46,213 nucleotides of DNA from Vicugna vicugna (Eukaryota): positions 1 through 46,213 of the forward strand of contig MU058259.1 in assembly GCA_013265495.1 (NCBI GenBank). The letters are read 5' to 3'. Positions 1 through 12,494 of the stretch are shown here, one piece after another; position 1 is the stretch's first letter, and each line of letters begins with the position of its first letter. Under the pieces are notes generated by a model. The model saw nothing but the letters and a program-made list of their open reading frames with translations, searched no databases and was not told where the DNA came from. The position numbers and the translations under genes were made by a program.

Positions 1-279
1 AAAAAAAAAAGCTTTATTGTAGTACATTTCAAGTACTTGTAAAAATAGGAATATTCAGAGGGACATCACCCAGCTTCAATAATGATTAGTTCATAACCTA
101 TCTTGTTAGCTCCACACTCCCACCCACACGTCCCATCTCCACGTTGTTTTGAAGCAAATGTGTTAGATTGTTTAATCTATAAAAAGGTCCGTATGTATAT
201 CTAGAAGATAAAGAAACTAAAAAAGTGACCATACCATTTATCATACTTTAAAAATTAATCATTTTAACACCGTTCGGTA

Positions 280-1245
280 GTGAGCAGAACCAGGGCTCCT
301 TGAACAAATGACCGATTCTAGGACTGAAACAATATACAAGATGAGTCTTGTAGCGTCAGAAGTATGGGCTCGTAAAAAGCAAAAGGATGACGTATGTTAA
401 AGGGACACAGGAACCAACTGAAAGAACTTCCAGTGACCAAATCTGGAACTGTTTGAGCAGCGATGTAGTACTAGATTATAACCCAAAGCATAAAATAAAT
501 ATCCCTGAGCCCACACAGCTGTAAACCAATGACTGAATAAACAAACGGAGGAGAAGAAACAAATCTGTGCAGAAGAATCCCAGATTATGCAGACACACCC
601 TCAAGGAGGTGGGGTGCTACTCCCCACTCCTTAAGTGTGTGTTGTGCAGCGAGACTTCCTTCCCAAGAGGACGGTATGAAAAGGGGGGAAAAGAGGGAGC
701 TTACAGTGGAGAGACCTGACCACCACTCCTTCAGCCAGGCGATCAGGGTCACCTTCAACATTAAGTCATCACGCTGATGGTACGTACCCTTGATATGCTG
801 CGGTGAGAATGGCACCTTACCTCTGTGGTTTTCCTCCCCAAACCCATGACTCCAGTTTCATCATGAGGAAAATCATCAGAAAAGTCCCAACTGGAGAACA
901 TTCTGCAAAATACCTGACCAGTCCTCCTCAGAACTGCCCAGGTCATCAAAAACAAGGAAAGTCTGAGAAACTGTCACAGCCCAGAGGAGCCCAAGGAGAC
1001 ATGATGACTAAACGTAATATGGTATCCTGGATGGGATCCTGGAACAGAAAAGAGTGAATAGCAAGGAAATGCGAATACATTGTGTGCTTTAGTGAATAAT
1101 AATACACCAATACTGATTCATTAGTTGTGCAAGTGTACCATAATCTGAGATACTAACAATAGGGGAAAATGGGTAAGGGTGCTCTCTCTACTATCTTAGC
1201 AACTTTTCTGTAAATTAAAAACTGTCCTAAAATTCAGTTTATTAC
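280..1245 (+). mobile_element. Old L1 3' UTR (L1MC-like)
   Basis: Recognisable L1MC 3'-end text, e.g. ggtcatcaaaaacaaggaaagtctgagaaactgtcacagc and ggtatcctggatgggatcctggaacagaaaa. The subfamily is assigned from recall. Confidence 0.75.
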
Positions 1246-4185
1246 AAACTTAACAATCCCCTGATATCATCCTACATACACGCAGTATTCTGTTTAAAGT
1301 CCTGACCTCTCAAATCTGATTTGTGAAAATCTTTGCCACAAGTCCCAGTGAGATTTTGAAGGAGTGACTGCTCTTCCCTGAAAAGGAAAATGTGGAAAGT
1401 TTCTTTTTGCTGCCAGAACTATTTGATACATGCAGCCTGCTCCAGTAGTTATTTTTAGATCTTCTCTCTGAGGAGTGCGGGGGTCTTGTTTTCACTTGTG
1501 TTCAATGTTTGTGAGTGACCGAATGAGGTCAAGTCCCAGGAAGAAGAAGGAGTTACAGCATATGCTTTACAGGCAAGTTATGTCTGTACGTGTAGATTGA
1601 GTTCTTCTTTTTCTTTTTTTCCTTTTAGTCCTTTAAAAATACTTTGATGTTGCTTACTTTTCCTAAACATGAGTATATATCTTGTTTCTACATGGAAAAT
1701 GGACCTATAATGTATAACCAGCACATGAGTATCATTCAGAAGCGTTCATTAACTGAGGCTTACTGGTGTCCAGTGCTGCATCTCGCTTCATTCATTTTTA
1801 TACCAATGTATTTCAGACGTTAGCGTGAATGCTGGTGAAACAATAGCACTGTTTCTGTTAGAAAAAGTGCAGGAACACAAGGAATGACTCTGGTCTGGAA
1901 AAGAGTGTCCGGATATAATCCCTTCCTGAAATGCTCAAGCCAGTCAGTGACATGTGAGCGTCCCCCCATCAGGGAACTAACTATGGGCGGGTGGGCAGCG
2001 GCGGCAGTCAGCGCTGAGTTCCACTCCGGCCGCTGCCAAATGTGTATAGTTCCCTGATTACCTGCTGAATGGATGCTCTCATACAATAGTGTGAAGGATT
2101 TTTAAGCTTTATTCTTCTGTAATGTAATGACAAGTAAACTGCCTGACTGAGATGCGGTTTTGGTCGCTACACTTAGATCGTTCAGGATAAACTATGCTCT
2201 GCTGCAGTAACAGACAAGCCCTGAAATCTCAGCGGCTTTGCTTTTCTCCCAGGCAGTCTGATTGGCCACGGCTACTGCTTCTTTTGTGTGACTCTGCCCA
2301 TGTAACACATGGCCTCCGAGAATGTTCTGGTTGCTCAGAGGTGACGTGCGGCACTCCTACTCAGAGCCCACTGGGAAAACTAGTTACGTGGCCCTCCTTA
2401 TGTGCAAGAGAGCTGGGTAGAGTGGTTTTCCCAAGAAGAGGAAGAAGAAAATGGAAGATCTGATGAACACCTAACATTGTTTCTACCCCAAGGCCTTAAA
2501 CATTTTTTCAGGCTAAAATGATTGCAGACATGCTCCGGGGCTGGGCCAGGTGGGTGGCTTCACTGGGAGGAGCTGGCTGGGGGTGGCACCTAGGTGTGCC
2601 CAGGTGACTGGGAGGGGCTTCGTCTGGCTGCAGCCCACCTGTTGCCATGCAAGATTTTGAGTCTTAGGTGACAGTTCTTCTAATTTTTCAAAAGCCGATT
2701 TTAATGTGAAAGCTCCCAGTTTTAAAATGTAGGCTTAAATATATGAAAACACAGGCCAAAACAAACAACATGCGCCTGCAGGTCTAATTGGACTAATGTG
2801 CCACCAATGTTGAGATCTTAGCTATCTGGCCTGGGGACTTGAGATCTTGAACAGCCGTTGATTTACCTGTGAGGTTGAGCTAACCCCACATTTCTAAGAA
2901 GAATCTGGCTGTGTGTGTGAGCATTCCCTCTGTCCACCCTGGTTCAGGTTCAAATCCTTCATCCTTCATCCTTGCCGAGCTCAGCTGACCGCTGGGGTGC
3001 TTGCAGCCACACTTACAGGACAACGGATTCCCTGCCTTCCATGTCATTGCCTGGCTCTGTAATCTTGAGGCATTTGGGAAACCACCAAGTGTTGAGAGAG
3101 ATGGAAACCCGGGATGGGTGTGTGTGGAGGGGGAGTCCTTATAAACTTGGAGCAGGAAAGGCCCTGGGGTCAGCTTCGGATGGATCTCCAGGGCTGTGCT
3201 ATGGTCAGCAACGAGAGGATTATACTTTGGGCCTCGGGGTGCGGTGGGGTGGAGCGGAGCTGTGGCTGGAGTGTCACCATCAGACCCCCATTCTGGACGG
3301 ATCATTCCGGCCGCTATTGGGGGCGGGGAGGAGAGCTGTCGGTAAACAGAAGCACTCATCCACGATGAGCAGGACCCTTCCTGTAATCCCATCCACAGAT
3401 TTCCCTTGGGGGGCGACTCCATTGATTTAATTCTACCTTTTTCTGAGCTCTTCTCAGAGAAGGAGGTGTCCCTCTGAGGTTGGCCCGAGTTGTTGGATTC
3501 TTCACAGCCAGCAAACCATCCAACACAACCGCCTTTCTCTTGAAAATGATGTTAGCGGGCACTTTTCAAGACTGCCCCAGGTCTGGGAAGCCCAGCTCTT
3601 TGCAGGGTCTTAGATTAGCGTTGGGGCCCGAGAAGAACACAGGAAGGTGCCCAGAAGCGTTGACCGCTGGCGATCTGGATTCCAGGCTGCAGACCCTGGT
3701 GCACCATGCTTGGGAGCAGAAAGTTCTGGGCTGGGCAGGGAAGGCCGAGTGCGCCGCGGCCACATCTGGGTACGGATTCTCGGTTCTCGGTGATGGGGTG
3801 CAGAAGGGTTTCCCGCCCCCACCAGGCTCCCAGGAGCCACGCACCAGGGCCATGAAACCACATGGGGCTAGCGTCACTACCAGGAAGAAGGCCTGTGAGG
3901 AGAGGCCCCGAGTTCTGTGTCGTTGGAAGGCCGCCCTGGGGGTTGGGGGGAGTAGGGGTGCCGCCACCGCTCCCCGGGGCTGGCGTCTCAGGCCCAGACT
4001 CGGCCTGGGAGGCGGACAAGCTGTCGTCACACTTACCTTGCCCCACGTCGCCTCTTTGTAGGTCACACAGCAGTGGAGAGGGGTTGGCTTTTATTTACCC
4101 CGTGTCCTTCCTCCCTCGAGGGTCTTTCCTGTTCTCCGCCCCCATCGCAGCCTCTTCTTCCCTTCCCCACACCCTCTTCTCTGTC

Positions 4186-4209
4186 TCACACACACACACA
4201 CACACACAC
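4186..4209. repeat. (CA)n microsatellite
   Basis: Directly visible CA run. Confidence 0.9.
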
Positions 4210-4565
4210 CCCACTCTCATCCCCCCACCCCCTACCCCCCATCGGCATCAAGGAGCCAGTGGGAGGGATCCAGTTTCACAACCACTGGGACGCAGGCTGT
4301 GCTCTGTGCCTCCTTGGGCCTTTCCATCTTTACAAAGAGAACACAGATGGTCAGACTTGCTCCTGTGTTCTTAAGGCCTTGGATCCAACAGCCCCATTGT
4401 AATCCTTTGTGGGGCAGGGTGGGGAGAGGGCAGCAAGGACGCAGGGACACAAGTCTTTGTCAAGTGTGGGGTTTCACCCCTAGGCTGTGCGGTTCCCAGC
4501 GCTTCACGCTGATTGGACCGCCAGCACTGCCTTGGTAAAATCCATTACCAGGTTGCAGTAGTTTT

Positions 4566-5505
4566 CTTGGTGTTTTTGTTTTTTTGCTTGGATCAATAAT
4601 TTTAAAATTTGTTTATTTAAACTTGAATATAATCAATTATGTTTGTTTTTTTAAACAAAATTTTTATTAAAGTACAGTTGTACAATATTATGTAAGTTAC
4701 AGGTGTGCAATATACTGATTCACAATTTTTAAAGGTTATATTCCATTTATAGTTATTATAAAACATTGGTTATGTTCCCTGTGCAGTACAATATATCCCT
4801 GTAGCTTATTTTATGTGTAATAATTTGTACCTCTTCATTCCCTTGTAACCACTAGTTTGTTCTCTATTTCTATGAATCTGCTTCTTTTTTGTTATATTCA
4901 CTAGCTTGTTGTATTTTTTAGATTCTACATACAAGTGATATCATGCAGTATTTGTCTTTCTCTGCCTGACTTATTTCAGTTAGCATAATACCCTTTAAGT
5001 CTATACCATCCATGTTTTTGCAAAAGGCAAAATTTCATTCTTTTTTTCTGGCTGAGTAGTACTGCAGTATATACATATACCACATCTTCTTTATCCATCA
5101 TCTGTTGATGGGCACTTAGGTTGCTTCCGAATCTTGGCTATTGTAAATAATGTTGTTATAAACTTTGGGTGCATGTATCTTTTCAAATTAGTGTCCTGGT
5201 GTTTGTTTGTTTTGGGGTTTTTTTTTTTGATACGTACCCAGGAGTGATATTGCTGGATCATATGGTAGTTCTATTTTTAGTTTTTGAGAAACCTGCCTAC
5301 TATTTTCCACAGTGGCTGCACCAAGTTACATTCCCATGAACAGTGTACAAAGGTTCCCTTTTCTCTATATCCTCTCCAACATTTGTTATTTATGTTCCTT
5401 TTGATGACAGCCATTCTGACAGGTGTGAGGTGATAGCTCATTGTGGTTTTGATTTGAATTTCCCTGATGATTAGCAATGTTCAATATCTTCTCATGTGCC
5501 TGTTG
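4566..5505 (-). mobile_element. 5'-truncated L1 (ORF2 C-terminus and 3' UTR) with 15-bp TSD
   Basis: Minus [23 protein letters not shown]...[13 protein letters not shown] is L1 ORF2-like. TSD ggttgcagtagtttt at 4551-4565 and 5506-5520. Confidence 0.9.
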
Positions 5506-6929
5506 GGTTGCAGTAGTTTTGGTGGAGTTGAATAGAAACCATGGAGTGTATTGCACACTGTAGGGATCACTGCTGTTCTTTGAAATTGTTGTACAGTGGG
5601 CATTTAAAGTCACTTCACACCCTCTTGCTGCTCACTTAGCTGCCCTTGAACCAGGTTGTAACATGAATCTATCAGTGATGTGAGAATTAAATGCAAACAT
5701 CCTGTGACCAGCCACGCGTGGGGTGCAAAGCCATGCCCCTCAACCGGGTGCCGGTGAGGACCCCCTGGAACTCTTTAGTCCTGGTGTCTGGCTGCTCCTG
5801 ACCAGGGATGTGGGAATCTCTAGCTCCTAGGCCTGGGCACAGGAGTTGTTACAGCTCCCCCAGTGATTCCAGGTGCAGCCAGGGGCGGGAACAGTGTATG
5901 AGGACAGCAACCAGTGCCCTGGCCACCCTCCTTTGGGGGCATTGGCTGGAGTCTGCACCCCATGCTCTGCATCTCGCCCATCCCTCCTCCTCCAGCTCCC
6001 TTGAGGACCGCGCTTTCCATCGTCCTCTCTGTTGCATCCCAAGAGCCCCGACAACCTTTCTCTGCTCTATTTTTCTCATCCCCACAAATGTTGGGTCATC
6101 ACTTCAGCTCCATACACTGTGCGGCAAGCCGTGTACCTCTGCTTGTAAGGGAAGCTGGAAAGGCCTGAGCCTGTTTTTATTGCTTCTTTCTTCTGCTGTC
6201 TTATCTTTCCTTTACCTGATTATGTTTCACTTCATGCTGAATATTCCATTTAAATATTGTTTGTGAAAATAACTTGATGTTATCTTCACAGGAAAGAATT
6301 TTGGTTTGCTTATACCAGGCACCTGGGGATGCTAAATCCCTGGATGACATGAGCTGAACTGAACAGTTCATGTGGTTAGCTGTTGGTTACTTCTGGGTCA
6401 TTTTTACTCTGAAATGATGACTGTGGTCTCTTTCTCTTTTCTTTGGTGGATCCCAGATTCTGACTTTTGTCCCTCACTCCCACAAAGCCACCAGAAGTAC
6501 TACTGGGCCTCTTTCATCCTTTTGTGAATCAGTAAATGCCCTAGAGCAAAAGCAGCCCTCTCAGCTTCTCACACCTCTCTCCATTTCTGGTCTTTCTCCA
6601 CTCTTAGCTCAGTGATTGCTCATTGGTGTGTAGATGGCACCACCAGCATCTCCTCCCACCTCTCCCAGTGCTGCCAGGCCTCCTGGGCACTTTGTTCTGC
6701 CCTACCCAGGTTGGTGCAGCTTAGACAGACCAGGAAAAGAAGAGCCAGCCTTAGGAGTGACCCACACTAAGAAAGCATTTCCACCTTCCATTCTGTGTCC
6801 CTGCACGGAGAAGAGGAGTCAAGAGAAAGTGTGAGAGCACTGACTAGAAATGAAAGTGAAGTGGTTGTTGAGCATCTGTTGGATGTTCATTTACATTCCA
6901 GGGACAGACATTATATACACTGGGTGAGT

Positions 6930-7340
6930 GGATCAGTCTGGGTGGAAGATGAAAAGTCACATAGTGATTTGAACAGAGAAAGTTTAGTACAAAGAAATAT
7001 TAAGTATAACAGAAGATTGGAGTAAAGAGGGATTGGCTAGTAAGAAATAAAGAAAACTCTAAAAGGATATAGGAATAACAGCTATAAGGAAGAGTTACTA
7101 CCTCTAGGGCTGACAGTGAGCCCACGAGGGCACAAATAGGACTGAATGATACAAATAACTGTGGTGCTGCACTGGTGGAACTTTCTGTGAACTGACATTC
7201 TGGAACTTGCCAGGGTAAAACTTGTTCCTTCTATAATCTCTCTCCAGCACCTCCTACTGAAAGAAGCTTAAACTGTGCTACCGGCAGAGGGAAAAATAAA
7301 GGTTCCATATCCTTTTTCACAGAGCAGGCAGAAACAGCTG
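6930..7340. mobile_element. Possible ancient ERVL-class LTR fragment (LTR33-like)
   Basis: ctctccagcacctcctactgaaagaagcttaa resembles recalled LTR33-family text. Boundaries are uncertain. Confidence 0.35.
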
Positions 7341-8493
7341 AAAACAAGTACCAGGGTCAGAGGTTCAGAAAACATACAAACAGACAAATAGAAGTGAAAC
7401 CAGTGAATCACTGAGCAGCGATTATAAACATTTATTTTGCACACACCAAAAAGACTGTTTGCAAACCAGGAGCACTGAAACCAAAACATGGAATGAGGCT
7501 CCGAAGTATATTGTTAATAGAGTGGGGGGCAGTGACTGTTCTTCACAGTGATAGGTTATATTAGAATTTTCTTAAAGGGAATTGGTTAGTGGTCACTTCA
7601 TATCAATTTGAGGGAATAATCTCAGTTTCCCCTATGACTTTTGGAGGCATAAGCAAGAAGTGACCCAGGTCAATTAGCCTCACTTGCCTTGCAAAATAAG
7701 CTAAATTAAGCTTTGCTTGTGTGACTAAACTGGTTTTGTCTGCTCTGGGAATTTCCAAGTCTGGTCTCTGTGTTTGATTTTAACACCAGCGTGGTGCATC
7801 CTTTCTATTACTCAGCTTCCCTGTGCACCCTCTTACCCCGTATTTATACTCCTATACCACCAGGAAGCAACTCTACATTTGTACCTGAGAAAACAGATCC
7901 CACCCTTCACTTCAGATGAGAAGATGCACAGTGCCAAGAGTCGCTGTATAACTAACTTGGTGAAATGGAACCAAAATTCCAGGCCCTGTGCTGAGGGCTT
8001 TATATTTGATAAAATTTAATTCTTGGATCTTGTGAGGGAAATGCTATTTAATATATAAACAAGATATGTTACTTCTATCCAGGAACTTAGAAGGAGAAAG
8101 GAATGTTCACAAAGATTTCCAATATCAGGCAAAGTGGCTTTAGCACTTAAGTGCTAAAAGGAGATAGAGGTAACCCGCTGTGGAATCTTAGAGGAGCTAC
8201 TCATTCCTTATCAGGGGTCTGTAGGAAAGTGTCCTGTGCAGGTATTATTAGAACAGATGTCTTACTGGAACAGGCTTCAAGGGATGTGAAACATTTCCAG
8301 AAACAATTGAGCAGGAGGTAGAATAACAGGGGATGTGAGCATGTGCTATGGGCAGGGGGCGGCAGGGGAGGGAGGCAATACATATGTTGAAATCATAACT
8401 CTGTCACTAACCTTGTGGTAAGTTTGAGCAAAACTCTCTACTCCTCAGTTTTCTCATCTTTAAGATGGGACAGTAATATGGACTTCTTATAGT

Positions 8494-8634
8494 ATTTTTT
8501 TTAAGTCTTTTTTTTTCTTTGGTGGGGGTAGGTAATGAAGTTTACTTGTTTATTTCTGGAGGAGGTGCCAGGGATTGAACCCAGGACTTCATGCATGCTA
8601 AGCGTGCGCTCTACCGCTCGAGCTACACCCTCCT
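8494..8634 (-). mobile_element. tRNA-Ala-derived SINE (vic-1-like, camelid), inside a MIR-like remnant
   Basis: The reverse complement reads GGAGGGTGTAGCTCGAGCGGTAGAGCGCACGCTTAGCATGCATGAAGTCCTGGGTTCAATCCCTGGCACCTCC, with A and B boxes and an AGC anticodon-like loop, followed by an A-rich tail. Confidence 0.8.
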
Positions 8635-9292
8635 CTGAGTTTTGTACGGTATTGAGGATCATATACCGTCAGAAATGTTAAGTGGCTGGCTTATGGTAAG
8701 CACTCGGTAAACCATAGCTCTTATTACTTAATATACGAATGAAGTGCGTGGCGGCAAGCAGAGAGCAGTGCAGCTGAAGGGCAGGTGGCACGGATGTAGT
8801 GGGTGTCGCATTATTAAGGGCACACTTTGAAAGCTGCCTTATTTCTGGATTTGTTCACAAAGCTGGTGTTGGACCTGAGTACAAAAACTGTAAAAACCTT
8901 AGACAAAGTTTGAACTCAAATCTCTTATATGCTACACTTTTTCTATACTGTGTTTTATGTGAAGAACATTTTGGGAAGGGTGGAATTACCCTGGTGGCTA
9001 CCAGTTCAAATGTTTTTTGTATGTGTGAGAAAAGTACACTTAAAAATATACACATATAGGTGGAAAGGGAGGGAGGCGAGGCACCACGCTTGGCATTGCT
9101 CCTGCCCTAGCCCCCTCCACACGGGCCCGCGCACGTGCCGTGCGCTACTGCGCAGCCGCAGAAACCTGGGCGGTTTGCGCGCCTCAGTTTGGCGCCTCAG
9201 TCGGCTGCAGTTGCGGGGTGTGCACGGTCGCTCTCCAGTTGCAGCGCAGACGCCGAGCCTGAGGCACTCAGAGCTGGGTTCTCCGCCTCACA

Positions 9293-9308
9293 ATGTCTGA
9301 GAAGCAGG
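9293..9308 (+). CDS. BEND2: BEND2 coding exon 1 (MSEKQ plus first base of D)
   Basis: ACAATGTCTGAGAAGCAGG|gtaag inside a CpG island. The phase-1 donor joins 12495 in frame to give MSEKQDYVVITIED, matching my recall of the human N-terminus MSERTQEQDFVIITVDD. Confidence 0.85.
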
Positions 9309-9655
9309 GTAAGAAGCCCTCCCCAAAGGTGCCTCACTAATTTCTGCCTCTCCACACCCGGCCCAGGGAAAGGCTCAGACAGGGTTCGCACCGAGCCCAC
9401 TTAGAGGGCTGCCGAACAGACCGCAGGATTGGCTAGTCATCGGTCAGGGCATGTCTAGGGGGTGGCCTCTGGGCCACAGTCCCAGATTGATTAGTGCGCT
9501 CGTGGGAACCCAGGCAGGCTGAATATGGCGCCGGGTATAGGGCGTCCCTGGGGCTCTAGGCATCCCGGAAACTCAGTGTCCGCGAGGTGCATGGCATTTC
9601 AGAGGCTCAAGGGGTCCCGGGGTTTTGGGGGTCCCGGTTTTTTGGGGTCCGCAAG

Positions 9656-10075
9656 GCTTGAGGTGATCTGGGGCTTTTGGGGGTCTCTGGGTTCGTGGCG
9701 TCCCCAATGCTTGAGGCGATCTGCAGCTTCCGGGGTCCCAGGCTTCATGGTGCCCCACAGGCTGGAGGCAGTCTGGGACTTTCAGGGTCCCGGGGTTCGT
9801 GGCGTCCCGGGGGCTGGAGGTGATCTGGACTTTCATTGCCCCAGGGTTCGTGGCGTCCCAGAGACTGGAGGCTATCTGGGACTTCTGGGGTGATAGTTAA
9901 TGGCGTCTCAGGAGCTGGGGACGACCTAGGGCTTTCAAGGTCCCTGGGGTTCAGCATCCCCGAAGCTTGAGATGATCTGGGGCTTGCAGAGGGGGCCAGG
10001 GTTCATATTGTCCTAGGGGCTTGAGGTGACCCTAGAACTGTTAGCGTCCCTGAGGTTCATGGCGTCTCCGGGCTT
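9656..10075. repeat. Degenerate G-rich ~52-bp minisatellite, about 8 copies, in intron 1
   Basis: Units of the form gct(t/g)gaggtgatctggg...gggttcgtggcgtccc start at 9656, 9709, 9761, 9813, 9864, 9914, 9965 and 10019. Confidence 0.8.
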
Positions 10076-12494
10076 CATGGCGCTAGCACGTGGTGAGGCC
10101 CGGCCTCATTTCCGTCCTGAGAGAGGTGGTTCTTTCCAGGACCCCTAGTGGCCATAGAACAGTATCAGTCGCTGCCACGCCAGAGCCTGGGCCACTGCGG
10201 CTGGTTTCCTGTGCCCTCCACAAGGCGGCGTGGCAGGCTTTGGCGCCAGAGCTGGTCCGTGCAGCCTCGCTTTTTCCTTGAACCTTTTCTCAAGGCCTCC
10301 TGTGCGCGCTCGCCACAGCAGCTGCTGAGCACGGCGGCGCGCTGCGGCCAAAAAGCGGTTTGGCTTGGCGCCTGGGGCACTTCTGGGAGGAGAGGCTTTT
10401 CTTTGCTGAAAGAGCGAGTCTGCACTTGGCAGCCTCAAAATTTCAGCAGCGCTGCGCTGCGGTGAGGTGGTTCCCACCACCTCTCCCTTGATGCCGGCAT
10501 GTGTGAGCATTTGAGATTTGGCCACTTATTTTTTTAAGTACTTGGTGCTCACTTTCTGGGAAAGGTTGATCCCTTATCCTTTCTCTTTCCCTGTCGGAGG
10601 AGGTAGGGGTCCAGGAAGGACCAAGACTCTAAGACGTTCTATAGAAAAGTTGTTTTTTTTTTAATATTGCAACTTTTTAAAAAAGATTTTTTATTCGGGA
10701 ACACTGGTTTATAATATACATTTCATGTACACAACATTGTATTTTTACTTATGTATATACACCACAGCATGCTCACTGCCAAAATTTTATATAGAATTTT
10801 GATTTCGAAGAATTGACAAACTAGCAAGTGGATTCATTATAACATCTATTGAGACTGAGGCTAATTTTGAGTTTGATGGTAACTGCGTTTGATCAAAGAC
10901 AGGGCAGCCTCGCTGTTTTATGGTAAATATGCAAATAAGGAGAAAGAAAATGAAGATATATGTGTGGAGAAATCCCTGTGTATAGACCCTGTTTCTTTGC
11001 TTCAAGAGGACAGATGTAGGAGTCAGAAAATACTGCAAAACGTGAAGACCCCTGTAAAACAGGGGAGCCCTTCTGTGTGTGTTCCAGGGCCATCCTGCCT
11101 GCTGTTTGAGCACTGTCGTTTGACAGAAAAAGACAGTCCGCTGGCGATCGCTTCACTTTCTCCTCTGGCCGGCTCTCCCCGAATTAGGGCTTCTCTGGGG
11201 TTTTATAACACGAAGTGGTCAATTGGTTTAATGTTTACAAGTAGAAATTTTACAAGCAGCTTTTCTGTGCGTTTATAAAGCAAGGCATGGGCTTGATTCA
11301 GTTTCGAGCCTGCCTGTAGCAGATGCTGGGCGATGGGACAGTTTTGGCGGCATTATCCCCCATCTGGTCAACTTCGTAGTCCCTAAAGTTTGATAGGGAC
11401 AGTAGAAGCGCTGCTTTTTTGAGTCCTGACAGGAGATTTAGAAAGTGATTGTTCAGTGTATTGGCGCACAGTTTTGCTAAAGCAATCTTAGCGGTCTGGC
11501 TATTGTAGTCTGCCCTGTTTTGCTGTGTATATTCTTTGCAGTAGTCATCATGTGAAATCCCCTCACCATTGTAAACTATACCTTATCTGATAAAGTCATG
11601 ACAGCTTAGTTCCTTGCACTTTGGGAATATGATCTTCAAAAAGCTTCTAAATGTTATAATGTCTTAAAAATTGCCTGTGAAGGCTATTATATACCTAAAG
11701 GAATTAATTGAAAATTCGCAAGTTTACTGAGAAACTTTAGTTGTGGTTGTCAATAGCTTTACTAGTACCAGTTTGAAAGATCTGTTATACAAAAACTTGT
11801 CTTGAAAATAAAATTTCAGTTGCCTTTTTTATTTTCTTCTGATTATAAAATCTAAAGATTACTGTAGAGAATCTTAACAAATACAGAGAAGTCTAATGAA
11901 GATAATTTTGCCATCCAGGGACAGTGACAACCTATCATATTTTCATATTCATTAAAATGGTTTAATTTACTAAGTTGATATTTCACATTGAGTTTGTGAC
12001 CATCTATTTCACATTTTGTGAGATTCAATTTGAATTCAATTTGTCTGATAACGTTTACTTTTGTACTTTATTTCAGAATTATTTATTATCATAAAGATTA
12101 ATATTAATTTTTAGAGAGCAAGTTTGGAAATTCATGGTCACCACAAAGTGTGGTATGTAACATCAGTTGTATCATTTAAAAGTTAAAAGCATATCATTGA
12201 ACATATAGTGCAAGGGCCAGGTAATCCAGTTTCTTAAATGAGAAGAAATTTATTGCTCTATAGAATTTGAAGTCCTAGAAATAATACTATTTGTGTGTAT
12301 ACATACATATCTCGAAGCTTCATATTAAGTAACTGATTTCTAAGCTAACTTGCAATGACTAGAGATACAAAAATATTTAATACATTTTTTCAGCTAAAAT
12401 GTTTCTTAAACACTCCATAACTTTATAACTTGTTTTCCTCTAGAAACTGTTTAATTTGGTATCTAATCTACACTTTCTCTTTGCTTATGCTTAG

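Larger units (their letters stand above)
9060..10520 (+). promoter_or_regulatory. CpG island / BEND2 promoter and 5' region
   Basis: High GC and CpG density around the ATG. CACGTG at 9132 and 10087, TTTGGCGC at 9188 and 10239, CAGTTG at 9208 and 9236. Confidence 0.8.

Noticed and set aside
1..2100. Possible 3' end of the upstream neighbouring gene
   Set aside because: No exon or UTR could be supported from the sequence, which is mostly L1 remnants.
2880..4540. Cluster of long overlapping ORFs (up to 193 aa) on both strands
   Set aside because: GC-rich sequence has few stops. The peptides are low-complexity, resemble no protein I recognise and show no convincing exon structure.
8561..8633. 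tRNA-Ala(AGC)-like sequence on the minus strand, also near 45133-45205
   Set aside because: It has imperfect stems, SINE-type tails, a TSD at the 45 kb copy and multiple copies, so it is a SINE and not a tRNA gene.
9656..10075. CRISPR-like periodicity
   Set aside because: The DNA is eukaryotic, whole units are homologous with no unique spacers, and there are no cas genes.
10787..11278. ORFs in intron 1 (129 aa on +, 108 aa on -)
   Set aside because: No recognisable homology and no clear splice-site pair. Exon 1 joins exon 2 in frame without them.
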